A stretch of DNA of 64,000 bases from Candidatus Limnocylindria bacterium (GTDB lineage: Bacteria > Chloroflexota > Limnocylindria > P2-11E), in assembly GCA_046262615.1 (NCBI GenBank), contig JBHEML010000008.1, positions 720 to 64,719 of the forward strand, read 5' to 3'. The notes under the pieces were generated by a model. The model was not told where the DNA came from and ran no database searches. It saw only the letters and a list, made by a program, of their open reading frames with translations. The translations under genes were made by a program, and so were the position numbers. Below, piece by piece: positions 36,137 through 44,868 of the stretch. Within the stretch, counting starts at the first letter, position 1. Each line of letters begins with the position of its first letter.

Positions 36137-36403
36137 ATGCCCCCGCAGAAAGCTTCGAAGAGCGCCCCGAAGGCTGACGCCAGCGAGAAGGCGAAGAGCA
36201 AGGACCGCGATTGGCTCACGACCTCCGAGCTGGCGACGCGCATCGGCTGGCGCGAGCACGCGCTTCGCGACGCCATGCGGGGCAAGGAGCTGCCCGGGAT
36301 CCGGCGCACGTCGTTCGGCTACCACATCGACGCGGCGGCGGTGGAGGACATCGCGAAGACCCTGGGAGCGGCGCCCCCTAAGGGGAATTCAAGCCAGCAC
36401 TAG
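36137..36403 (+). CDS. small Lys-rich protein with an excisionase/MerR-like HTH (hypothetical)
   Basis: Track ORF 36089..36403 trimmed to ATG 36137. GC3-biased codons. Sequence: MPPQKASKSAPKADASEKAKSKDRDWLTTSELATRIGW... Confidence 0.45.
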   Translation: MPPQKASKSAPKADASEKAKSKDRDWLTTSELATRIGWREHALRDAMRGKELPGIRRTSFGYHIDAAAVEDIAKTLGAAPPKGNSSQH

Positions 36404-36407
36404 CTGG

Positions 36408-37844
36408 CTAGGCCCGCCTCCGAAGCCGCGCGGGCAGGATCTGGAGCTCCTCGCGGTACTTCGCGACGGTGCGCCGGGCGAGGATGATCCCGTTGTCGTC
36501 CCGCAAGCGCTCGACGATCTCCTGATCCGAGTACGGCCGCGTGCGGTCCTCGACCTCGATGATGTTCTTGATGACGTCCTTCGTGCCGAGCGACGCGGTG
36601 AAGAACAGCGAGAAGGGCACGACCTCGCCGGCCGGGAGCAGGACGAACTTGCCGGCCGTCGCGCGGCTCACCGTCGATTCGTGCATGCCGATCCTCTCGC
36701 CGACCTCCGCGCGCGTCAGTGGCCGCAGCGACTGGATGCCGTTCTCGAGGAAGTCCCTCTGGCATTCCACGATGACCTGGGTGATCCGCGCCATGGTCTG
36801 CCGGCGCTGATTGATGTTGTCGATGAAGAACTTCGCGCGCGTGACGTACTCGCGAATGTGCTGCCGCTCCTGGTCGTTCATCGCCGGCGTCTCGCCTCCG
36901 GCGGAGCGCGCCGCCTGGAGCTGTCCGACGAGCTGCCGGTACACCGGGTTGATGCGGAGAGCGAACCGGCGTGACTCGATGACCTCGACCTCGAAGTCCT
37001 GCTCGTCGTTCTTGACGATGATCACGTCGGGTCGCAGCGTCGCCTGCCGGCCGCCGATGCTGGTCCCGTCCGGGCCGGCCGCGAAGGCGTGCGCCGGGAA
37101 GGGGTTGAGGTTCTCCTTTATGTAGTCCCACGCGTCCTGCACTTCCTCGCGGCTGATCCGCAGCGACTGCGCGATGTCGCCGAACTTGTGCTCGCCCAGC
37201 TCGCGGAAGTGGTCCGCGACGATCGCCCTGGCGTGCGGAGGCACTGATCCACCCTCCGCGAGGTGGTCCATCTGCACCAGGAGGCACTCGCGCGTGTCGC
37301 GTGAGCCGATGCCCCAGGGCTCGATGGACTGGATCGCCGCGAGCGCCTGCTCGGCGTCCTCGACCGGCACGCCTATGACCTCGGCAGCGTCCTCCAGGCG
37401 GACGTCCAGGTACCCGCTGTCGTTGATGTTCCCGATGAGATATTCGGCGATCGTGTACAGCCGCCTTGAGATGATGACGCGGACGTTCCAGCTCAGATAT
37501 TCGGCGAGCGTCTGCTCGGATTCCGCGCGGACGATCGGATCGAATTCGTCGTCCTCGTCATCGCGTTGGGTGAGGTTCGTACCCTCCAGCGGCTCGTTCT
37601 CCTGGTACTGCTGCAGGCTGTTCTTCGCGGTGTTCCCGAAGCAGTTGAGGCAGACCCTTCCGGTCAGGGGATTGCCGCACAGCGGGCAGACGTGGAGCTC
37701 ATCGAGGTCCAGAGCCGGGTTCTCGTCGAGCTCCTGGTTGATGACGTTTTGCAGTTCCATCGAGGACAGCTGGAGGATGTAGTTCGCTGCGATCTGCTTG
37801 GGAGTGACCTTCATCTGTTGCTGGGGCAGAAGGCGCAGATCCAC
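36408..37844 (-). CDS. rpoN: RNA polymerase sigma-54 factor with a Cys4 zinc-ribbon insertion after region I
   Basis: Track ORF. GTG 37844 has GAGGTAAGG 8 nt upstream. Region I: LRLLPQQQMKVTPKQIAANYILQLSSMELQ. HTH: MHESTVSRATAGKF. RpoN box: ARRTVAKYREEL. Insert: CPLCGNPLTGRVCLNC. Confidence 0.85.
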   Translation of the reverse strand: MDLRLLPQQQMKVTPKQIAANYILQLSSMELQNVINQELDENPALDLDELHVCPLCGNPLTGRVCLNCFGNTAKNSLQQYQENEPLEGTNLTQRDDEDDEFDPIVRAESEQTLAEYLSWNVRVIISRRLYTIAEYLIGNINDSGYLDVRLEDAAEVIGVPVEDAEQALAAIQSIEPWGIGSRDTRECLLVQMDHLAEGGSVPPHARAIVADHFRELGEHKFGDIAQSLRISREEVQDAWDYIKENLNPFPAHAFAAGPDGTSIGGRQATLRPDVIIVKNDEQDFEVEVIESRRFALRINPVYRQLVGQLQAARSAGGETPAMNDQERQHIREYVTRAKFFIDNINQRRQTMARITQVIVECQRDFLENGIQSLRPLTRAEVGERIGMHESTVSRATAGKFVLLPAGEVVPFSLFFTASLGTKDVIKNIIEVEDRTRPYSDQEIVERLRDDNGIILARRTVAKYREELQILPARLRRRA

Positions 37845-37863
37845 ATCGGCTACCTTACCTCAC

Positions 37864-39639
37864 GTGCCGCTGCTGACGGCGGATATTCCACTCGTCGGCG
37901 CCGCGTTCGCGCTGATCGCCGTCGCGCTGCTCCGCTCCTTCGCCGCGCCGATCGGTCAGTGGCGGAGTCGGGCTGCGGTCGTGGTCGCCGTCGCCGGTGC
38001 GCTGCTACCGCTGTTCGCGTACGCGTTCCTCGAGAACACACGCGGTCAAGGCCGCGCGCTATGGGAGTGGAGCGCCGCAGGAGGACCGGCCATCGCCGCG
38101 CATTACCGGTTCGATGGCATCGGCGCGATCGGCGTGACGATGGCCACCGGCTACACCGCAGCGGCGATCCTTGCGGCGACGCGCACGCGCGGCGGGCAGC
38201 GGGTCGTCCTGGCGTTGGTGCTCGTGATCGGGATCGTCGCGATCGCGCTCGCGGTGGTGGACGACCTGGTCGCCGCGACCGTGTTGCTGAGCGTCCTCGC
38301 GCTCGCGACGGTCCTCGTCGCGTTGAGCGTCGCGCCACCGCCCTCCACCGCGCGCCTCGCCGTGTACCTGGCCGTGGGCATACAGGGATTCGTTCTCGCC
38401 GCGCTGGCGCTTTCACGCTACGGCGGCGCCTCGTTCCAGTTCGACTCGATCCGTCCCACCGCGATCAGCCCCGGGGTGGTCACGAGCGCGACTGCCGGAG
38501 CTGCTCTGTTCGCCGGCCTGTACCCGTTCGTTCCGTGGCGCTACGACACGAGGGTGGCCGTGGAGCCCGCACTCCTGCGCGGTCTTCTCGCGATGCCCGC
38601 CGGCATCGGCGCGAGCCTGGTGCTGCTGCGCCTGGTGGGCGTCACCCGGACGGACCTTTCGACCCTCGGCCTGCCGATCGCATCGGCTGGCTCGCGGGCG
38701 ACGGTCGCTGTCCTCGCGGTGCTTGCGCTCGCGATCTGGGCGCTGAGTGGACGCCTGAGCGCGCGCCGGGTGGGACTCGTGGTCGTCGCGCTGGCCGCGG
38801 CCGCGCTCTACGCCGAACTTCACTGGAGTCACATCGTGCTGATCTCGGCCGTCGTCACCGTGCTGTACGCCGCGAGCGTCTCGCTCGCGCTGCCCGATGA
38901 GTGGCACGTCGTCCGCTACGACGTCGCGCTGGCGCTGCTGTTGATCGCGGTGGCGATCGGAACGCCGTTCGCGATCGCAGCGGCTCTCGTCGCGCTGGTC
39001 GCCGATGCGCTCATCGCCATCGGCGAGGCCGTCTGGATGCCGCCACATCGTGGCTTCATGGCGCTGGTCGCGGGAGCGACGGTTTGGGTGGCGGCCATCC
39101 TGGGGGTCGCCGTCGGTATTCCGGATGCCTCCGACCCCGCGACGAAGATCCTCGCATCCGCGGCGCTGGTGCTGCTTCTCGCGCTGCAGCTCGCGCACGT
39201 CGCGCGGCGCGTCGCGATCCCGCCTCCGGTCGACCTCGAGGCCAGCGCCACCATCGCCGGCTTCATGGCCACGCTGCTCACGGCGATCTTCGTCGCCCTC
39301 CCGGTGGCGGACGGCGTCAGGCTCACCCTTGGCCGTCCATTCGGTCCGATCGTGTCATCCCCGGCCACGGCGGTGGTCGCTATCGCGGCGGTCGGCGCGC
39401 TGGCCGTCGCCGTCGCGCGTTCCGTCCGGCAGGTCCTTCCCGACCTGACGCCCATCGCCGCGCGGCTGCGCTCCGTCGTGGACGCGGCGGACCCCGTACC
39501 CGCGGGGGTCGGCGCCTTCCGCCTCGTGGAGAACACCGCGAGCGGCGTCAGCTTGGGCTTCTCGCTCCTCGAGCGCCGGAGCGGCGTCGGGCTGGCGCTC
39601 GCGCTCATCGTCGTGGTGCTGGCGTGGTCGGTCCGCTGA
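37864..39639 (+). CDS. polytopic membrane protein, degenerate NuoL/MrpA-type (proton-antiporter-like, PF00361-like) subunit
   Basis: Track ORF 37798..39639 trimmed to GTG 37864 (VPLLTADIPLVGAAFALIAVALL, a NuoL-like N-terminus). WEW...RFDGIGAIGV resembles the lsf.lDglS region. GLYPFVPWRYDTRVAVEPALLRGLLAMPAG aligns by eye with [34 protein letters not shown], but the Lys and His are lost. Confidence 0.55.
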   Translation: MPLLTADIPLVGAAFALIAVALLRSFAAPIGQWRSRAAVVVAVAGALLPLFAYAFLENTRGQGRALWEWSAAGGPAIAAHYRFDGIGAIGVTMATGYTAAAILAATRTRGGQRVVLALVLVIGIVAIALAVVDDLVAATVLLSVLALATVLVALSVAPPPSTARLAVYLAVGIQGFVLAALALSRYGGASFQFDSIRPTAISPGVVTSATAGAALFAGLYPFVPWRYDTRVAVEPALLRGLLAMPAGIGASLVLLRLVGVTRTDLSTLGLPIASAGSRATVAVLAVLALAIWALSGRLSARRVGLVVVALAAAALYAELHWSHIVLISAVVTVLYAASVSLALPDEWHVVRYDVALALLLIAVAIGTPFAIAAALVALVADALIAIGEAVWMPPHRGFMALVAGATVWVAAILGVAVGIPDASDPATKILASAALVLLLALQLAHVARRVAIPPPVDLEASATIAGFMATLLTAIFVALPVADGVRLTLGRPFGPIVSSPATAVVAIAAVGALAVAVARSVRQVLPDLTPIAARLRSVVDAADPVPAGVGAFRLVENTASGVSLGFSLLERRSGVGLALALIVVVLAWSVR

Positions 39640-39669
39640 CTTCCGCGGCCGCGTAGCCGCGTCCGGCCC

Positions 39670-40257
39670 GTGCTCCTTCTTGCGGTGGTCGCGGTCGGCA
39701 CGCTCGCGGCCAACGGGTCGCATGGCCTGCGGCAGGCGGCGGTGGCGCTCGCCGTCGTGTCCTGCGCGTCCATCGGGATCGCGACGGGCATATCCGTCTC
39801 GCCCCAGCTCGCGCTCGCGGCCGGCGCCGCGATCGTTGGTGCCGCGATCCTTTTCGTGGCGGCACGCGACGGCGGCTACGGGGAAGAAGCGGGGTGGCGG
39901 GTGTGGCTCGCGACGGTGGTGGCCGCCGTCGCGACACCCGTCGCGTTCGCCTCTTTCCGGTCTGTCAGCAGTGAGACCATCGACGTGCCATTGCTCGGCG
40001 CCGACGCGCGCGGCGTCGCTGTCGAGGTCGCGGCCTTCTGGCTCCTGTCGTCCGGCATGGCGATCCTGCTGAGCGCCCGTAGCGCGGTACGCATGTCGAT
40101 CGGCGCCTTCCTGATGGTGGGCGGCGTGCAATTGCTGGTGCGCCTCGTCCCGGGAGCCCATCTGGGCTTGACGCTCCTCGTGTCGTGGCTCCAGGTGCTC
40201 ATCTGCCTCGCGGGCGCATTCCTGATCGTCAACGAACGCGCGGCCCGCGAAAGCTGA
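39670..40257 (+). CDS. six-helix membrane protein whose C-terminal half resembles NuoK/MrpC (N-terminal half possibly NuoJ-like)
   Basis: Track ORF. LSARSAVRMSIGAFLMVGGVQLLV resembles the NuoK l.rrn.i..lmsiEl.lnavnl region, with the conserved Glu replaced. The stop overlaps the next ATG (TGATG). Confidence 0.4.
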   Translation: MLLLAVVAVGTLAANGSHGLRQAAVALAVVSCASIGIATGISVSPQLALAAGAAIVGAAILFVAARDGGYGEEAGWRVWLATVVAAVATPVAFASFRSVSSETIDVPLLGADARGVAVEVAAFWLLSSGMAILLSARSAVRMSIGAFLMVGGVQLLVRLVPGAHLGLTLLVSWLQVLICLAGAFLIVNERAARES

Positions 40258-41621
40258 TGCCTGCCGCGGCGATCCCCACGGTGCTGCTTGCCCTCGCGGC
40301 AGCCGTCGCGTTCGCCCTACGCAAGCGCGTGCGCGACGTGGCGGTGCTGTCGCTGCTCGCGCTCGCGGCCGCGATGGTGGTGATCGCGCTGCTGCCAGAC
40401 GACGCGCGAGGCGAGGTGTTCGCGCTGCCGCTGCGCCTTTCCCCGTTAGCGCGGCTCGCCTCGTTGGTCTCGCTCGGCACGTTGCTGCTGCTCGTCGTCG
40501 ACGTGTGGCTCGGCGAGCCTGCATACAACTTCTTCCCGACATCTCTCGGGATCGGCGCTGCGCTGACGGCGGTGCTGCTCCTCGTGACGCCGCTCGCGCT
40601 GTACGCGGCGCTGCTGGCGGCGCTGCTGCTCCCTATCGGATCCTTCGTCTTCCAGGTGCAGCGCAACCGCAGCGTCGAGGCCGCGCTGCGCCATTTCGGT
40701 TTCGTCGCTCTCGGCGGCTGCCTCGGCCTCTCCGCGCTCGCGCTGGCGGCCCGGCTTCCGCACGACGAACCCGCGAACACATTCGTGCTCCTGGTGGTGA
40801 TCCTCATCGTCGCATTCGCGCTGAAGCTGGCGGCGATCCCATTCCATACCCACGCGTCGCTCCTCGCGGCCGAGGCGCCGACCGCCGCGCTGGCGCTGTA
40901 CTTCGGGGTGCTCGTCCCGGCGACGTTCATCGCCTTCGTCGAGATCCTCACGCTGTCCGGCCTCCTCCCGGCGATCGTGCAGGTGGCGAAGGTCCCGGAG
41001 CTCCTCCTCGGACTCGGACTCGTGTCGGCGCTCGGCGGGTCGCTGCTCGCGACAGGTGCCGGTGACCTGCGCCGTCTCGTCGTGTGCTCGGTCATCTCGA
41101 ACGTCGGCGTCGCGCTGGTCGGCCTCTCGACGCTGTCGGGTCCGGGGATCGTCGGAGGGATCGCGGTCGTCCTCGTCACCGGGGTCTGCGCCACGCAGCA
41201 GCTGATCGCCGCTGGCGCGCTGGAGCGCCGAGCCGCGGGCGGGCAGCCGGCCGCCGACCGGGCGCCGCTCGCGGCCGCCGCATTCGTCGCCGGCGGCGTC
41301 GGCATCATCGGAGCGCCGCCGCTGCTTGGCTTTCCGGGACACTTCTTCGTCGAGCTGATCGCGTACTCGTACGCGAGCTGGCTCGGTGCTGCGCTCGTCC
41401 TCGCGACGCTCGCGCTGCTCCTCGCTCAGGTGCGCGCGGGGATCGCGCTCTTCTCGAGCGCGGCCGGGCGCGGCTGGACGATCGAGCGGAGGCCGGTCGC
41501 AGGGCTGGTCGGACTCGCCATCTTCGCGATGCTGCTTGCGGGGGGCGTCATGCCCGAGCCGTTCCTGCGCCCGATCTCGGCCTTCGCCGACGAGTTCCTG
41601 CGCGCGCTCCGTCCTCTATAG
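40257..41621 (+). CDS. NuoN/MrpD-type proton-antiporter-like membrane subunit
   Basis: Track ORF 40185..41621 trimmed to ATG 40257. KLAAIPFHTHASLLAAEAPTAALALYFG matches K..a.PfH.W.Pd.yeGaPt.vsa (Lys and His kept). About 13-14 helices. Confidence 0.6.
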   Translation: MPAAAIPTVLLALAAAVAFALRKRVRDVAVLSLLALAAAMVVIALLPDDARGEVFALPLRLSPLARLASLVSLGTLLLLVVDVWLGEPAYNFFPTSLGIGAALTAVLLLVTPLALYAALLAALLLPIGSFVFQVQRNRSVEAALRHFGFVALGGCLGLSALALAARLPHDEPANTFVLLVVILIVAFALKLAAIPFHTHASLLAAEAPTAALALYFGVLVPATFIAFVEILTLSGLLPAIVQVAKVPELLLGLGLVSALGGSLLATGAGDLRRLVVCSVISNVGVALVGLSTLSGPGIVGGIAVVLVTGVCATQQLIAAGALERRAAGGQPAADRAPLAAAAFVAGGVGIIGAPPLLGFPGHFFVELIAYSYASWLGAALVLATLALLLAQVRAGIALFSSAAGRGWTIERRPVAGLVGLAIFAMLLAGGVMPEPFLRPISAFADEFLRALRPL

Positions 41622-41679
41622 CGCCCCTTTAGCGCCGCGCGCCTCGATCAGCCACCCGAGCGTCCCCCGTGCAGTCCCA

Positions 41680-41712
41680 CGTGCAGCCCCCCGCGCGCGC
41701 GGGCGCTGCACG
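41680..41712 (+). other. GC-rich hairpin about 60 nt after the nuoN-like stop (no U-tract)
   Basis: CGTGCAGC...GCTGCACG forms an 8-bp outer stem, with CCC/GGG inner pairs. It is preceded by the direct GTGCAG repeat GTGCAGTCCCACGTGCAG. Confidence 0.35.
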
Positions 41713-41907
41713 GTCCGCGTGGGCCGCATCGCGGAGCGTCCCGGTCCCTTACCTAAAGTGCAGCGCGGGGACGGCGGTGGCGGGCCCGCGTGATCCGGAC
41801 TCCGCGCGCGCCGCAGCACGCGCGGCGAGGAGGCGGCGGGGGCACAGCGAGACGGAGCGGCGCGCTAGCGACGCGCAGCGAGCGACCCGCCGCCTCCGTG
41901 CCGGAGC

Positions 41908-42019
41908 GCGCGGGTCCGCTGCCGCCGGCCCTGCGCCCGATCACCGACCCCCCGAAAGGGAGTTCGCACCGGCAACACGCGGCGCGGGTCCGCCTGCCGC
42001 CGGCCCTGCGCCCGATCAC
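41908..42019. repeat. two copies of a 37/38-bp direct repeat, 74 bp apart, in a 460-bp non-coding gap
   Basis: GCGCGGGTCCGCTGCCGCCGGCCCTGCGCCCGATCAC at 41908..41944. The same sequence with a 1-nt insertion (GTCCGCCTGCC) is at 41982..42019. Confidence 0.6.
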
Positions 42020-42080
42020 GACTAACGTGGCCCTATTCCTCGCGGTCGTGTTCGCACGCCTCGACCGTCGAAGCCCGTCG

Positions 42081-42560
42081 CTACGCGGGCGCCCCCTCGT
42101 CGGTCATCCAACGTTCGATGTCGCGCCGGTAGGAGACGACGCCGTCAGGGAACCAAAGTGCGATCTCCGTGGCGGCCGTCTCGGGAGCGTCGCTCGCGTG
42201 GACCAGGTTGCGCAGGCCGACGAGTGCGTAGTCGCCGCGGATCGTGCCGGGGACCGCCTCGTGCGGCCGGGTCGCACCGACCATCGCGCGGACGACCGCG
42301 ATCGCCTTGGGGCCTTCGAGCACCGCCGCTATCACGGGCGATGCCGAGATCGTCTTGACCAGGTCCTCGTAGAAGAACTTGCCGCGGTGGACCGCGTAAT
42401 GCTCCTCGGCCATCGCCCGCTCGACGCGCAGGAGGCGCAGCGCGGCGATGCGCAGTCCCCGCCTCTCGAAGCGCGAGAGCAACTCCCCCGCGATGCCGCG
42501 CTGCACCGCGTCCGGCTTCAAGACGACGAGCGTGCGCTGCGCGCCGTCCTGGTCGGTCAC
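42081..42560 (-). CDS. ndk: nucleoside-diphosphate kinase
   Basis: Track ORF. Motifs: RTLVVLKPDAVQRG, NLVHASD. GTG overlaps the upstream M16 stop (GTGA). Confidence 0.95.
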   Translation of the reverse strand: MTDQDGAQRTLVVLKPDAVQRGIAGELLSRFERRGLRIAALRLLRVERAMAEEHYAVHRGKFFYEDLVKTISASPVIAAVLEGPKAIAVVRAMVGATRPHEAVPGTIRGDYALVGLRNLVHASDAPETAATEIALWFPDGVVSYRRDIERWMTDEGAPA

Positions 42561-43846
42561 GATGCGATCTCCATCGCAAGCTCATCGCCTACAGGCGCCG
42601 CGAGCGTCCCGATGACGGCGCGGGGACCGACGGCCGCGAGGTAGGCGAGTTCCGGACGAAGGTAGCGGCGCGCGACGCCGCGGATGTCCTCGGGTCCGAT
42701 CGAGTCGATGATCGCGCACACCTCGTCGACGGTGCGGATGCGGTCGAGGAACATCTCCTGTCCGGCGAGCCAGCTCGATACGCCGCGCGTGTCCTCGAGC
42801 CGAAGCTCCATGCGGCCCTTTGCGAAGTCGCGCACGCGCTCGAGCTCGACATCGGGCACCAGCTCCTCGCGCAGGCGAGCCACCTCCCCGAGCGCCGCCG
42901 TGACCGCCTCGGCGGCGCGCGCGGGCGCGATGCCGGCGTAGATGACGAGGTGCCCAGCGTCGCCGTAGTTGGCGTCGAACGAGTGCACGTCGTACGCGAG
43001 CGCGCGCTTCTCCCGCAGCTCGAGGAACAGGCGGCTGGACATCCCTTCCCCCAGCACGGCGTTCAGCATGTCGAGCGGGTACTTGTCGGGATGATCCTGG
43101 GCGACGCTGCGCCATCCGATGCACACGTGCGCCTGCTCTCCCCGCTTCGCGAGCGCCTTCGACCGCGTCTTCGCCGGCTGCGGCGCCGTGGCGAGGGAGA
43201 TCCCCGGACGCCGCGCGATGTCGCCCAGCTGCGCTTCGACTGCGGCGACAGCCTCGTCCGCGGAGAGCTTCCCCGCCAGCGCGACGACGATGCGCTCGGG
43301 AGCGTAGCCGCGCTCCATGAAACCTCGCAGGTCCCCAGCGGTCAGCCCAGATACGACGCGCTCGCGCCCGGCGACTTCCCAGCCGAGCGGGTGGCCTGGA
43401 TACAGGAGCTCCTCGATCAGCGTGTGCACGCGGTCCTGCGGCTGGTCGCGGTACATGCGGATCTCCTCGACGACTACGCCACGCTCCGACGCGACGTCGG
43501 CCTCCCGCAGGAGAGGCGAGCGGATCATGTCGGCGATCACGTCGAGCGCCACGAGGTAGTGTCGCGCGGGAACGCGCGACCAGAAGACGGTGACCTCCTT
43601 GTCGGTGGACGCGTTGACCGCGCCGCCGAGGCTTTCGACCGCCTGGCTGATCTCGGCCGCGGTCGGGCGCTTCGCCGTCCCCTTGAACACCATGTGCTCG
43701 AGGAAATGGCTCGTGCCGGCGTTGTCCCGGGTCTCGGCGCGGCTGCCGACGCCGACGTAAACGGCGAGCGAAACGGAGCGCGTCTCCGGCATCTCCGAAA
43801 CGAGAACGCGCATGCCGTTGGGCAGCACGATGCGGCGATATTCCAC
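42557..43846 (-). CDS. M16B-family zinc peptidase (YmxG/MlpA-like)
   Basis: Track ORF 42557..44242 trimmed to GTG 43846 (VEYRRIVLPNGMRVLVSEMPETRSVSLAVYVGVGSR). Zinc motif HFLEHMVFKG. Alternative starts: GTG 43864, TTG 43855. Confidence 0.85.
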   Translation of the reverse strand: MEYRRIVLPNGMRVLVSEMPETRSVSLAVYVGVGSRAETRDNAGTSHFLEHMVFKGTAKRPTAAEISQAVESLGGAVNASTDKEVTVFWSRVPARHYLVALDVIADMIRSPLLREADVASERGVVVEEIRMYRDQPQDRVHTLIEELLYPGHPLGWEVAGRERVVSGLTAGDLRGFMERGYAPERIVVALAGKLSADEAVAAVEAQLGDIARRPGISLATAPQPAKTRSKALAKRGEQAHVCIGWRSVAQDHPDKYPLDMLNAVLGEGMSSRLFLELREKRALAYDVHSFDANYGDAGHLVIYAGIAPARAAEAVTAALGEVARLREELVPDVELERVRDFAKGRMELRLEDTRGVSSWLAGQEMFLDRIRTVDEVCAIIDSIGPEDIRGVARRYLRPELAYLAAVGPRAVIGTLAAPVGDELAMEIAS

Positions 43847-44040
43847 GCCGGCCAACGCTAGCACCGGGTCTCTCGGGCCGTCCGAACCGGGTCGGAGGTC
43901 GGCGCGAACACGCTGTCCGGAAATTCGATGCCAGCATCGGGCGGCGCGCGACCTGATCAAGCTGCCCCTGTTCGGTCCATGAGTCCGCGATCCGCTCACC
44001 CGCGAAGGTGTGACATCGCGGCGCTGTCCACGAAACGCGG

Positions 44041-44868
44041 CTAGCGGCAGAACACCATCGTCATATAGAGCGCGCTTGCGCCCTGCGCCGCGCCGATGCC
44101 GACGCGCCTGAAGTTCGCGTCCATGATGTTCGTGCGGTGGTTGATCGGAGCCCACGGCTCCGCCATGTACGCCCAGTGGAGCGCGCCCACGTCGCCATTC
44201 CAGACCGCGCCGACGTTCTCGCCGAACCAGCCGCTGCCGCACGCCGCGCCATCGCGCGCCGCGGCGGTCCCATCCGGCCCGTCGTGGTACACGTAACCGA
44301 GCTTCGCCTCGAACCCGCTATGAGCGCGGGCGACCGCGGAAATCCCGCTGTCGAGGACATACGGAGCGAGTCCGCCTTGCGCGCGCGATCCGTTGATCAG
44401 CGCGAGCATGCGCAGCTCCGCCGCGCTCGCGCTCGTCGCCGGCGCGGCTGGCGGCGGTGCCGGCTTCGTGGCTGCCGGAGGCGGCGGTGCCGTCACCGGG
44501 GCCGCGGTCGCCGGCGCGGCCAGGGCGGGCGGCGCAGTGGGCGCAGGTGGCGGTACTGGAGGAGGCTCAGCGGGCGGCGCGGCGGTCACGTCCGGCGGCG
44601 GCGCGGCGGTCACGCCGGGCGGGGGCTCGTCCGCGGGCGCATCCGGCGGGCCTGGGTCCAGGCGGCGGCGCAGCGCCGCACCGCGAGCCAGCGGCTCGGC
44701 GCGACCGACGATCGGCTCGAGCGGCAAGTCCAGCGCGATCCTCGCGACCTGCCGCGGGTCTGCTGAGGGCGGCGAGCCAGCGACCGTGGGCCTGGTATCC
44801 GGGAAAAGGGAGATCGCGATGAGCAAGAGCACGATCGGCGCGGCGCGCGCGCCCCAGCGGAGCCTCAA
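44041..44868 (-). CDS. secreted CAP/SCP (PR-1, YkwD-like) domain protein with a Pro/Ala-rich linker
   Basis: Track ORF. TTG start overlaps the upstream stop (TTGA). Signal-like segment: RLRWGARAAPIVLLLIAISLF. C-terminal CAP motifs: ELRMLALINGSRAQGGL, GENVG, HRTNIMDANFRRVGIG. The linker contains a 24-bp tandem repeat (44573..44614). Confidence 0.75.
   Translation of the reverse strand: MRLRWGARAAPIVLLLIAISLFPDTRPTVAGSPPSADPRQVARIALDLPLEPIVGRAEPLARGAALRRRLDPGPPDAPADEPPPGVTAAPPPDVTAAPPAEPPPVPPPAPTAPPALAAPATAAPVTAPPPPAATKPAPPPAAPATSASAAELRMLALINGSRAQGGLAPYVLDSGISAVARAHSGFEAKLGYVYHDGPDGTAAARDGAACGSGWFGENVGAVWNGDVGALHWAYMAEPWAPINHRTNIMDANFRRVGIGAAQGASALYMTMVFCR

Noticed and set aside
41669-42025. 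118-aa ORF (and overlapping ORFs) in the nuoN-like/ndk gap.
   Set aside because: It has Arg/Ala/Pro composition. It spans the direct repeats, so its 'protein' contains the repeated PPALRPIT. There is no SD and no family resemblance.
44573-44614. 24-bp tandem repeat GGCGGCGCGGCGGTCACG.. as a structural or regulatory repeat.
   Set aside because: It lies inside the CAP-protein gene and simply encodes the repeated (A)APPxxVT units of a Pro/Ala-rich linker.
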